From Candidatus Poribacteria bacterium (GTDB taxonomy: Bacteria > Poribacteria > WGA-4E > WGA-3G), in assembly GCA_965242965.1 (NCBI GenBank), contig OZ251518.1, positions 576,001 to 640,000 of the forward strand: a stretch of 64,000 nucleotides of DNA, given 5' to 3'. Every line of letters starts with the position of its first letter. The first letter of the stretch is position 1. The translations under genes were made by a program, and so were the position numbers. Positions 29,410-39,000 of the stretch are shown here, in pieces. Below the pieces are notes generated by a model. It was not told where the DNA came from. It ran no database searches and saw only the letters and a list, made by a program, of their open reading frames with translations.

Positions 29410-30285
29410 CTAGCGACCGGATTTGATTCGTCCCCAGGTTGTCGCTACTTTGTCCTGGGCTTCTACCGGGGTTGTGGTGATTTCGCCGTTTTCAACGAGC
29501 CAGTTGGCGATAAATTCAATAACGCCGGCGGCTCTCGGGTCATCGCCTTCCCAGTCTGGTTGTGCTTTCTGCCACATCGCGGCGATAATACCGCCGTATG
29601 TCTGGTTCACGGCGACGGCCGGGTCTGCAGAATTCGGGTCATCGTTTGAAATAGCAAACGGGGTGACTTCCCAATCCGTGCCTTCAAATTGCTCAAGGTG
29701 CCACGGCCGGTCAGACTGAAATTCCACGAGCGAGGGGATATATTTACTCCCCATGTCTGTGGGCACCGCCGGGCCGCCCCGGTTGCCGAAACTGAGTCCC
29801 GGTATATCAAACACGTTAGCGGCACCGTCCGCGCCGTTATCAGCACTTCGCGAACCGCCTTCGTAACTCATATACAGAATCCAATCGGCGACGTTGATGA
29901 AGACGTTCCCGTCCTCAACGAAGTTCTCGATGTTGGACCCGTCGGGATCGGCGTTTGGAAATTGGTAAATCGCGCTCGGCGCGGTGCCGGAAGCAGCGAT
30001 GAAGACATCCTGCTGGCCGTTGCCTGTGTGTTCCTGCATCCACAGGCCGAGTGCGGAATCGTATCCGACTTCGTCGCCATCACCGTAAACGTTGATGGTT
30101 TCAAAGATGGCTTTCATATCGGCATCGTTTGCGACGGCCTCACCGTTCGCGATGGCGGCTTCCTGCGAGATCCAGCCGGGGTTCGTCGGACCCGAGTAGA
30201 TTGCCAAGTCCGCCGCGGGCGCGTTGGATAAGCCAATGAGTGAAAGCGATAAACTCAGTATCGCTACGAGGAAAATTTTTCGCAT
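29410..30285 (-). CDS. Secreted hypothetical protein (paralogue of 28382..29248) with C-terminal WG motif
   Basis: Signal peptide, AAGGAG RBS; ends PVEAQDKVATTWGRIKSGR. Confidence 0.85.
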   Translation of the reverse strand: MRKIFLVAILSLSLSLIGLSNAPAADLAIYSGPTNPGWISQEAAIANGEAVANDADMKAIFETINVYGDGDEVGYDSALGLWMQEHTGNGQQDVFIAASGTAPSAIYQFPNADPDGSNIENFVEDGNVFINVADWILYMSYEGGSRSADNGADGAANVFDIPGLSFGNRGGPAVPTDMGSKYIPSLVEFQSDRPWHLEQFEGTDWEVTPFAISNDDPNSADPAVAVNQTYGGIIAAMWQKAQPDWEGDDPRAAGVIEFIANWLVENGEITTTPVEAQDKVATTWGRIKSGR

Positions 30286-30620
30286 GAATCAGCTCCTTTT
30301 GCATCCAGTCTGCGCAAAACAGATTGCGCAGAACAGGCAAAACAGAATAGCCCGCGACAAAACTCCCCGTGTGATACGGAGAGTGCGCGGGCACAATGAT
30401 AGTGACAGGACGGCAGCAGCTGCCGACGCGTCGTTATGATAATAGGAAGAGTAATAGTTGTTAAGTGAGGGGGGGGTGGTTAGCGATGCGTCACGAGCGT
30501 TACGGACACGGTGAGGCGCAAAGAGGTGTCGTCCCCACGATGCGTGGAGCCTTCCTTGCACGTTCCCTATTTTCACTGAGGTTTTGACACTGCAGTTTTT
30601 CACGCTCGTTTTCCCGTTCG

Positions 30621-31349
30621 TTATCGCTTGAGTTCTCCCCACGTCACGGCGAGTTTGTCATGGGGTTCAACCGCGAGGTTTACCCCGTTAGGATTATCGT
30701 AAAGATAGACGTTGTCAATATAGTAGTGCTGGAGTTGGTTCGTATGAATCCCGAGCACCCCCATCGGATGGAGGTCCTTCGGGTCACTCCATTCTACTAC
30801 TTTTTCAAAGACGAGCGCGCCCTGCCTCTTGATGAAGAGTTGGAAGTTGTTCCCATCGCCAAGCAGCGAGAGCGTATACCACTCCTTGCTTACAACCTGC
30901 ATCGGGAATTCGGCCCGATGGTCCCGATATTCAGTCCAGGTCCCCCGGTCGTTTCCTTCGCGTTTATACCAGCGTGCGGAATTCGGGCGACCGGCACCGT
31001 CAGCCGGCGTGATGATCAGTTGATAGAAATGGTAGTCCCTGTCAGCGCGAAACAAGAGTTCCATCTTGCTCGGGAACGGATCAACCAGCAGTTGGAAATC
31101 CAGTTGGAGCCCGAAGTTTTCAAACTCTATCTTGCCGTACCCGAAGTCGACTTCGCCATTTCCATCGCCGGCAATCCGGTGGATTTCCAGTTTGCCGCCC
31201 TTCACATCCCACGATTCTTTCTGGCCTTCCCAGAAATTATTTTTCAATTTGCCTGTGAAGTCATCTGCCATGAGCAGGCCCGCCTCACTCTGCGGACACA
31301 GCAAAAGCACAGATGCTAGCAGGCAGGAAAGAATAACAATCTTTCGCAC
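30621..31349 (-). CDS. Secreted concanavalin-fold (DUF1080-like) protein with C-terminal WG motif
   Basis: GGAGG RBS then GTG 31349; DDF...W.V..G, WY.L...G..F, G.LG...YIDNV; ends LAVEPHDKLAVTWGELKR. Confidence 0.75.
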   Translation of the reverse strand: MRKIVILSCLLASVLLLCPQSEAGLLMADDFTGKLKNNFWEGQKESWDVKGGKLEIHRIAGDGNGEVDFGYGKIEFENFGLQLDFQLLVDPFPSKMELLFRADRDYHFYQLIITPADGAGRPNSARWYKREGNDRGTWTEYRDHRAEFPMQVVSKEWYTLSLLGDGNNFQLFIKRQGALVFEKVVEWSDPKDLHPMGVLGIHTNQLQHYYIDNVYLYDNPNGVNLAVEPHDKLAVTWGELKR

Positions 31350-31381
31350 AGCGATTTCCTCCGTTGAAATAAGCATTATTG

Positions 31382-31712
31382 TTGACATACTCCCTACACG
31401 CTAAAGCGTGGGGATTCAATGGTGTCGGTATCCCGTTGCTTCGTGTGGAATTCTGCGATGTGTGCGACCGACCGCACGCGTGAGATGCGCGGTTACCCGC
31501 GCCTGACACTCACTCTCACACTAGACTGATGCCCCGCCTAGATGATGGGTGGTAGATAACCGAACGATGCAGCATGACCCGACTTTCGCTCAGTCATCTA
31601 CCGTCGATGTTTTACAGGGTCTCACCTGCAACCCGCCAACGCCTCTTTCCACAGAGACAGATAGGCACCGCGACTTAGAATGCCGCGGGTGGAAACGCCT
31701 ATCTGGCAGGTT
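31382..31712 (-). ncRNA. Candidate structured ncRNA (omega-RNA-like) within the IS605 derivative
   Basis: Own promoter; stems CAGATAGGC/GCCTATCTG, CCTGCCA/TGGCGGG, GGTAGATGACTGAGCGA/TCGTTCGGTTATCTACC; ends at the right-end hairpin. Confidence 0.5.
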
Positions 31713-31718
31713 ATAGAT

Positions 31719-31747
31719 ATTATACCACATTTCTTTTTGGAATGCAA
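31719..31747 (-). promoter_or_regulatory. Internal sigma70 promoter of the IS605 derivative
   Basis: TTGCAT-N17-TATAAT with TG extension. Confidence 0.7.
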
Positions 31748-31827
31748 GTCTTTTTGATTTCATACCGTTAGCAATGTCTACATCCCGCAGTCTGAAGACT
31801 GGGGATTTGACATCAAAGATGATATTA

Positions 31828-31857
31828 ATTATAACGTATTGGAACGGCATTTGTCAA
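31828..31857 (-). promoter_or_regulatory. Native sigma70 promoter of gene 30621..31349
   Basis: TTGACA-N18-TATAAT just outside the IS left end. Confidence 0.7.
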
Positions 31858-31939
31858 GTTTTTTTGCAAAATTCCGCGAAAAATGTTATTTTTTTTATGA
31901 GACATGCCAAATCGAAAAAAGTTCGTGAAAGGATAGAGT

Positions 31940-32827
31940 ATGCAATTGAAACGTAAAACCGTAGAGCGTTGGCTGCAAACCGTGCTCGCTTTTGTGCTGC
32001 TGAGCATTAGCGTGACATGCCTTGCGGCGTTACCGCCTGCTATCGTCAATGAGAACGATGGCGGGGAGATGGTGCTGATTCCGGCAGGTGCCTATCTCAT
32101 GGGAAGCACCTCGGAACAGACTGCCGCATTGGTGGCGAAAGACGCGCGCCTCTCCCCCGATTTTTTCCACGCCGAAAGTCCGCAGCATTCTGTCCAACTC
32201 TCCGATTTCTACATCGACCGGCATCCGGTGACGAATGCGCAGTATGCCGCTTTTATGGCGGCGACCGGGCATCCCGCACCGAAGTATTGGACAGACGCGC
32301 CTCAGATGGGTGCGGCGGAACCGTTTCCGATCGGCGCGCGGCACGGCAGTCACCCTGTTGTCGGTATCTCTTACGCCGATGCTTTGGCATATTGCAAGTG
32401 GACAGGGAAACGGCTCCCGACAGAAGCGGAATGGGAGAAGGCGGCGCGCGGCGGACTCGTCAATCAGCAATATCCGTGGGGCAATGAACCCTCCCGTAAT
32501 TATGCCAACACCGGCGGCGTATGGGGAAAAGATAGGTGGTTCTGGACCGCGGTTGTCGGCAGCTTCCTTCCCAATGCTTACGGCTTGTCTGACATGGCAG
32601 GCAACGTGTTTGAGTGGTGCGCCGATTGGTATGCCGCCGATTACTATCCGCAGAGCCCATCTCGCAATCCGCGGGGCCCTGAAACCGGACAGACGCGCGT
32701 TCTCCGCGGCGGTTCGTGGAGCAACAATATCTTGGGCATTTATCAGATGCGGTGTGCTTATCGCTTCCATGCGCGTCCTGATACTCGCAATCTGATTATT
32801 GGTTTCCGCTGCGCGTTAACGCCTTAA
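31940..32827 (+). CDS. Secreted FGE/SUMF1-type domain protein
   Basis: MVLIPAG.Y.MGS, VTNAQY, RLPTEAEWEKAARG, DMAGNVFEW, RGGSW, GFRC. Confidence 0.92.
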   Translation: MQLKRKTVERWLQTVLAFVLLSISVTCLAALPPAIVNENDGGEMVLIPAGAYLMGSTSEQTAALVAKDARLSPDFFHAESPQHSVQLSDFYIDRHPVTNAQYAAFMAATGHPAPKYWTDAPQMGAAEPFPIGARHGSHPVVGISYADALAYCKWTGKRLPTEAEWEKAARGGLVNQQYPWGNEPSRNYANTGGVWGKDRWFWTAVVGSFLPNAYGLSDMAGNVFEWCADWYAADYYPQSPSRNPRGPETGQTRVLRGGSWSNNILGIYQMRCAYRFHARPDTRNLIIGFRCALTP

Positions 32828-32829
32828 TC

Positions 32830-34112
32830 CGGTAGGAGACCTCCTGGTCTCAATTCCCCCGCCGTATCGGGACAAGGGCCCACCTCTGTAGTTCGGGAGC
32901 ACCCGCTCCCGAACAGGTCAGGATCTGTTTTTTTTCGTAGCGCGGGGGCCTGTCCCCCGCGATCGTTGCATGGCGAGGGACAGGCCCTCGCCCTACGGTG
33001 AAGGGGCGGCGTTTTTTATCGCAGCGCGGTTGCCTGTTCTCCGCGAGCGGGCGTTTTTTTTCGTAGCGCGGGGGCCTGTCCCCCGCGATCTCCATCGTCA
33101 AGAGGCCATCTTAGGTCCTTTAGGACCTACATGTCTATAGCAGCCCGTGTCGGCCCGTTTTCAAGGTCCTTTAGGACCTTAATAAAAAACACGCCGCATC
33201 TCAAAACCTATTAAGGACCTAAAGGACCTTAAGCTTCTTCGCCAGCGCGCGTGCTATAGACATTAAGGTCTTACAGACCTTTTTGTTCTCCCCTCTCTGT
33301 AGTTTGTGATCGCCTGATCACAAACGGGTGAGGATCGCTTGGTAAATATGCCAGAGCTTCAGGCGATCTTAACCTACAGAGCCTGGCGAGCCAGCGAGCG
33401 ATGGCGAGGGACAGGCCCTCGCCCCTACGTGAAAGGGTGACCTTTTTTACCGTAGCGCGGGGGCCTGTCCCCCGCGATCTCCATCGTCAAGAGTGGCGTT
33501 TTAGGTCCGTTAGGACCTACATGTCTATAGAAAAACATGCCGGCTCACGTCAAGGTCCGTTAGGACCTTAATAAAAAAAACACGCCGCATTTCAAAGCCT
33601 ATTAAGGACCTAAAGGACCTTAGCGTTTTTCACAGCCTCACGTGCTATAGACATTCAGGTCCTACGGACCTGAAGAGAACCAGAGACGTTTTTCCAGAGA
33701 GCGAACGATGGCGAGGGATGGCGTTTTTTTTCGTAGCGCGGGGGCCTGTCCCCCGCGATCTCCATCGTCAAGAGGCCATCTTAGGTCCTTTAGGACCTAC
33801 ATGTCTATAGCAGCCCGTGTCGGCCCGTTTTCAAGGTCCTTTAGGTCCTTAATAAAAAACGCGCGGACCCAGCAAAATCTATTAAGGACCTAAAGGACCT
33901 TAGGCTTCTTCGCCAGCGCGCGTGCTATAGACATTAAGGTCTTACAGACCTAAGAAGCGTTTTTTTTCGTAGCGCGTGGGCCCTCGGATGCGATACGCGC
34001 ATCCGAGCGGGTTTCCCCCGCGATCGTTACATGGCGAGGGACAGGCCCTCGCCCTACGGTGAAGGGGGCTCTCTGCCGCCCTATTGCATCGAGACCAGGA
34101 GGTCTCTCCTAC
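32830..34112. repeat. 1.3-kb intergenic REP mosaic with three ~170-bp long palindromes
   Basis: GTAG-REP families interleaved with TTAGGTCC(T/G)TTAGGACC...CTATAG units at about 33110, 33500 and 33780. Confidence 0.9.
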
Positions 34113-34132
34113 CGGGGAAAACAACATCCCCC

Positions 34133-36025
34133 TCACAATTCAATCAATTCATCAACGCCTTCAACAATTTTCAAAAACCGATTCACTTTGACACCGGAAA
34201 AACGATGCACGGTGCCACTAGGCCACCGAATCTCCAATGCCACGTTATCTCTCATCCCCAAGCCGAAATGCACGCGCAGGTCGTTTTGTGAGAGATAACT
34301 TGAACCACTCCGCACCTCTCTCACTTGACGATGCTCACCAGCCGTGAGGACGACACGCGCACCGATGGATTTGCCGCGCAACGTGAGAATTAACCAATTC
34401 CCCATGCGAGCTCCGCCATCGTTCCGTAAAATATCCACGCTATCGCCGACATTGGAGACGACGATATCCAGATCTCCATCGTTATCCAGGTCCCCCACCG
34501 CGCTGCCGCGACTGGAACGAATTAACGCCAACCCTGAACCGCTCTCCTCGGCGACATCGATGAACGTGCCATCGCCTTTGTTCCAAAAAAGGTGGTTTCG
34601 CTGCGCATACGTCGTTGAACTATCGATGAGCGTGACGTTGTCGTGGATATGTCCATTCGCGACGAAAATGTCCTGAAACCCATCCTGGTCAAAGTCAAAA
34701 AAATTCACACCCCATGCTAAATAGGGGAGGCTGACGGTTGCGGTACGCGAGGCATCTGTCCTGTCCGTGAAAAACCCATCGCCGTCATTGTGATAGAGCG
34801 TGTTGGTTTGGTGCTGGAAGTTGGTAACCCCGAGGTCAAGGCGCGCGTCGTTGTCGTAATCACCGAAGGCGACACCCATGCCGTTTTCAACTAGACCGTG
34901 CTCGCTGAGCGCAACGCCCGCGAGTTGACTCTGCTCCTGAAACTTACCGTTCCCATCGTTGACATAAAGGAAATTGGCATCGGCATCGTTGGCGACGTAA
35001 AGTTCAGCATCACCATCGTTGTCAACATCGCCGAAGGTTACGCCTAAGCCGCGCGCCGCAAAAGTGCCAAACCCAGCCTCGCGCGTCGCTTCGGTAAATG
35101 TGCCATCGCCGTTATTCCGAAAGAAAACGTCTTTCACGCCGTGATATGCACGCGGACTGCAGTAGACCAGGATGCCGTTGACCCGGCACGGCGTATGCGT
35201 TTCCACTGAAAATGTAACGTAGTTCGCGACGTAAAGTTCCAGGTCTCCATCAGCGTCCACATCTGCGAAGGCACAGCCTGCGCTCCACGCCGGCACCTCA
35301 ACGCCTGCCGCCGCCGTTGTATCGGTAAACGTCCCATCACCGTTATTCCGATAAAGCACGTTCGGACCGAAGTTCGTCACGTAAATATCCAGCCAACCGT
35401 CATTATCATAATCGCCGACGCAGACCCCTACCCCGTAACCGCGATGTCCCACGCCGCTCGCTTCAGTAACATCAACGAAATGCCCGTTGCCATCGTTGCG
35501 ATAGAGACGATTCATCGCCGTAGGAGAGACCTCCCGGTCTCGATTCCCCGTAGGAGAGCCCTCCTGGTCTCGACTCCCCCCGTATCGGGACAAGGATGTC
35601 CCTCCTACCCGGACATCAGTAGGAGAGACCTCCCGGTCTCGACTCCTCCCCGTAGGAGAGCCCTCCTGGTCTCGATGTGTTTCGTATCGGGACAAGGATG
35701 TCCCTCCTACCCGGACATCGGTAGGCGCGCCCTCCTGGTCTCGATGCAACCTCCCCGTAGGAGAGACCTCCCGGTCTCGATTCCCCCCTGCATCCAAATT
35801 CGCGCCGTTAACGAGATAGATATCGACATCGTCATCGTTATCGTAATCAAACAACGCAACCCCAGAACCCAGCGTTTCAACGAAATACTTCTTGTAGCTG
35901 CGGCCATCTACGTGCGTGAAACTAACGCCGCTTTGCGCAGTTACGTCTGTGAATGTGACAGCCGGGCGCGCGTTCGCATAAGAAATAATAAGAGAGATGG
36001 AAATGAATAGGTATCCGATTTTCAT
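34133..36025 (-). CDS. CRTAC1-family FG-GAP / ASPIC-UnbV protein with in-frame REP insert
   Basis: Repeated DYDNDGxxD motifs; IGARV...Q.REV..GSSYLSQ...HFGLG...WPSG; insert of RD(R/Q)E(V/G)SPT repeats. Confidence 0.92.
   Translation of the reverse strand: MKIGYLFISISLIISYANARPAVTFTDVTAQSGVSFTHVDGRSYKKYFVETLGSGVALFDYDNDDDVDIYLVNGANLDAGGNRDREVSPTGRLHRDQEGAPTDVRVGGTSLSRYETHRDQEGSPTGRSRDREVSPTDVRVGGTSLSRYGGSRDQEGSPTGNRDREVSPTAMNRLYRNDGNGHFVDVTEASGVGHRGYGVGVCVGDYDNDGWLDIYVTNFGPNVLYRNNGDGTFTDTTAAAGVEVPAWSAGCAFADVDADGDLELYVANYVTFSVETHTPCRVNGILVYCSPRAYHGVKDVFFRNNGDGTFTEATREAGFGTFAARGLGVTFGDVDNDGDAELYVANDADANFLYVNDGNGKFQEQSQLAGVALSEHGLVENGMGVAFGDYDNDARLDLGVTNFQHQTNTLYHNDGDGFFTDRTDASRTATVSLPYLAWGVNFFDFDQDGFQDIFVANGHIHDNVTLIDSSTTYAQRNHLFWNKGDGTFIDVAEESGSGLALIRSSRGSAVGDLDNDGDLDIVVSNVGDSVDILRNDGGARMGNWLILTLRGKSIGARVVLTAGEHRQVREVRSGSSYLSQNDLRVHFGLGMRDNVALEIRWPSGTVHRFSGVKVNRFLKIVEGVDELIEL
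35520..35781. repeat. Eight REP palindromes inside the CRTAC1 CDS
   Basis: Six GTAGGAGAG(A/C)CCTCC(C/T)GGTCTCGA-type copies plus two reverse GTAGGAGGGACATCCTTGTCCCGAT. Confidence 0.92.
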
Positions 36026-39000
36026 AGGCGCAGTTCCGGCAATCCCTCCACAATCCGCAACGTCTCCAAACTCACCGTAATCACCGAACCGATGAGTTCC
36101 ACGAGATACCGCGGGCGCGCCGCATCGTTCGGATCGTTGACAATGCCACTCCGTTTATCTGTCTTCACCTGATACTGATCGATCACCCACTCCAACGCTG
36201 AACGGGTGCCGAGCCGATACGCAAACGCCTCTGCCGGAATATCTGCCAACGTGAGATACTCGTTATATTTCAGTTGCGTTTTGTCCTTGGATAACCGCAT
36301 CCGTTCCACGCGCAAGTCAAGCGGCGCATCAGGTTTGGTGATGAAATTGAGCGGATACTGGGGCGATGTCTCATAATTGAGGTGCAGTTCGGCGAGTTGC
36401 GCACCGGCGTTCGCGAATGCCCAGAAGTCCTCGGCATAGGGGATGTGCGGTAAATCGCGCTTCATGTCGGCGGCGTAACGTTCGCGATATTCGGGATGGT
36501 GCAAGACAGCGTAATTATAGTGGAAAATATCCCACTTTGTGATAGTGGTATCGCCGTAATGTGCGCGGAAGTCTTGCAACGCCCAGTCGGTGATGTTTTC
36601 GCGGCGGTTAGTGCCATCTTCATCGTAAATATAGAAGGGGAAGCATTGTGAACCGCTTTGCGGCATGCTGTCGCAAATTTTGTTCGTCATGAGCGCGAAC
36701 ATGGGCCAGTCTTGCCCCGTTTTGAGCCAGATGACCTGGTTTTCTCTTTCGGTATCAAGAATGGGAAAGATAGAGGGAAATCTCCCAACCCGTTCGTTAA
36801 GCGTTCTGTCAAAATAGAGAGTTGACTTTGTAAACGGACGATAGAGGGTTGTCCGAATGTTCTCGGGCACGAATTCAATGGGCATCCCTTTTTCCAATGC
36901 CGATTTCAGTTTGGTGCTCCACTTGATTTTCGTGCCATCGGTATTCACGAAATTATCGACATCGACATCCTGAACTGTCCGCCGTTTCCATTTGCCCTCT
37001 TCTGCATGGTAGAAGTCGAGCATCTCGGTTAGTTTTTCGGTGAGAGTCTGTCGGTTGAAGTTGTAAACCCATGCATCGCGACTTGTTGTAACACCGAGGC
37101 TAAACGAGTGGAAGATCACTCCCTCTGCTTGTCCCTTCGTGCGTTTGGCTGATTTACTACCTATCGGGATGAAGGTTGTCCATTCGTCGCGGAGTCCTTC
37201 GGTGAGCCACGTGTGCCGTTCGTCAGGCGTGAGTGTTTGCCACGGGATATTCCCGAGGTTTTCGACTTGCGCGAGGAAGTCGAATTTCTGGTTTTTGTTC
37301 CACGCGTCATCGGTGCGGTAGTAGAAAATACGAGCAGAATTGTCCCTGTTACCGTAGGGCGAGGGCCTGTCCCTCGCCATGTCATGATCGCGGGGGACAG
37401 GCCCCCGCGCTACGGTAGAGAGCGGTTCTTCTGCGTCATGATCGCGGGGGACAGGATTGTCCCCGTTACCGTAGGGCGAGGGCCTGTCCCTCGCCATGTC
37501 ATGATCGCGGGGGACAGGCCCCCGCGCTACGGTAGAAAACGGTTCTTCTGCGTCGCGCTCGCGGGGGACAGGATTGTCCCCGTTACCGTAGGGCGAGGGC
37601 CTGTCCCTCGCCATGTCATGATCGCGGGGGACAGGCCCCCGCGCTACGGTAGAAAACGGTTCTTCTGCGTCATGCTCGCGGGGGACAGGCCCCCGCGCTA
37701 CGGTAGAAAACGGCTCCTTCGCCGTGTTCTTGACGAAGATGTTGATGCTTACGCCGACCTGGATGCCGAAGACGCTTGCATCGGAGACGAGTTTACCTCG
37801 CCGCGCATTTCCGCCGAGGTCGAGGATATAGATCTCGTCAAAATCGGTGGCAAGATGCTTTCGCATTCCATCAAACGCCTTTGCGTCAAGAAAACCGTTG
37901 TTCGTCACTAAGGCGACGATACCCGACTTGCCGATTCTGTCCGATGCCCAGCGAATCGATTTGACATACGTATCGTAGAGTGTATTCTTGGCACTGGCTT
38001 TTGAGTCCAAGGCGTAGGTTTCCCGCAGTCGTTTGTCCATCGCGGGATACTTCCGATTTTGGTTGTTATCGTTCGCGTTCTGCTGTCCGACGTTATAAGG
38101 CGGGTTACCGATAATCACGAACATCGGTGCAGTCTTCTGTTTCTCGACGCGCGCCGTGTTTTCGGCGGTTAAGAGGGACAGCTGCCGGTCTTCCGCCAGA
38201 TCGAACGTGTCGACAAGCGAGATGCCTTCAAACGGGAGATAGGTGTTGGTGGCACTGTAAAACTCGCGTTCGATGTTGAGGCTGGCGATGTAATACGGTA
38301 GCAACAGCACTTCGTTGCACCAGAGTTCGGAACGATATTTCGCTTCCAGTTTGAACGTGTCAATTTCGCGCATCAGGCGGACAATGAAATTGCCGGTGCC
38401 GACGAACGGATCGATGATATGAACGCCTTCATCGGAAAGCGAACGTCCGAACTCGGTTTGGAGGAGATGGTTTACGCTCTTCACCATGAAGTCAACGATA
38501 GGTTGCGGCGTATAGACGATGCCGTGCGTATCGGCAACGTCGGCGGATGCGCCTTGGAAAAATTGTTCGTAGACGGTATTGAGGAAGTGCTGCTTCTGCG
38601 AGAAATCGACGAGGGTGGCTGCCTCGCGTTCGATTTCGCGATAGAACCGGTCGAGGCTTTGGAGGAACTCGCCTCGGCTAAACGCCTGCGCTGCAAGGGC
38701 ATCGATGACCTTTTCGATTTCGCGGGCGATGATATTGCGGCGCGTGAAATCAGGATTGTTAAACACCGTGCGGAAGGTGCGTTCTGTCAAGAGATGCTGG
38801 ACGAGCATCTTCTCCACCGCCGCTTCGGAGAGGTTGGGGTTGATGGCGGTTTGGCAGAGTTGATGGAAATCGGCGAATGCGTTACGGAATTGCGGGTTCG
38901 TTTCGTGTTGCGTCCGGATGAGACCCGCGACCTCGCGCTCCAGTTCCGGCACGAGGGTTTTGAATTCGGCGACGGCGGCTTCCCACTTGGCGGCGTTTTC

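Larger units (their letters stand above)
31382..31811 (-). mobile_element. Non-autonomous IS200/IS605-family element (430 bp, no ORF)
   Basis: Minus strand: TTGAT target, left-end hairpin GTCAAATCCCCAGTCTTCAGACTGCGGGATG; right-end hairpin GAATCCCCACGCTTTAGCGTGTAGGGAGTATGTCAA ending in TCAA. Confidence 0.85.

Noticed and set aside
31382-31811. IStron (group I intron-IS605 chimera) or HEARO/IscB RNA
   Set aside because: Element ends in TCAA rather than a terminal G, no group I core recognised, and no iscB follows
35520-37715. Inteins as the explanation for the in-frame inserts
   Set aside because: No Cys/Ser start or His-Asn end; the inserts consist of REP sequence
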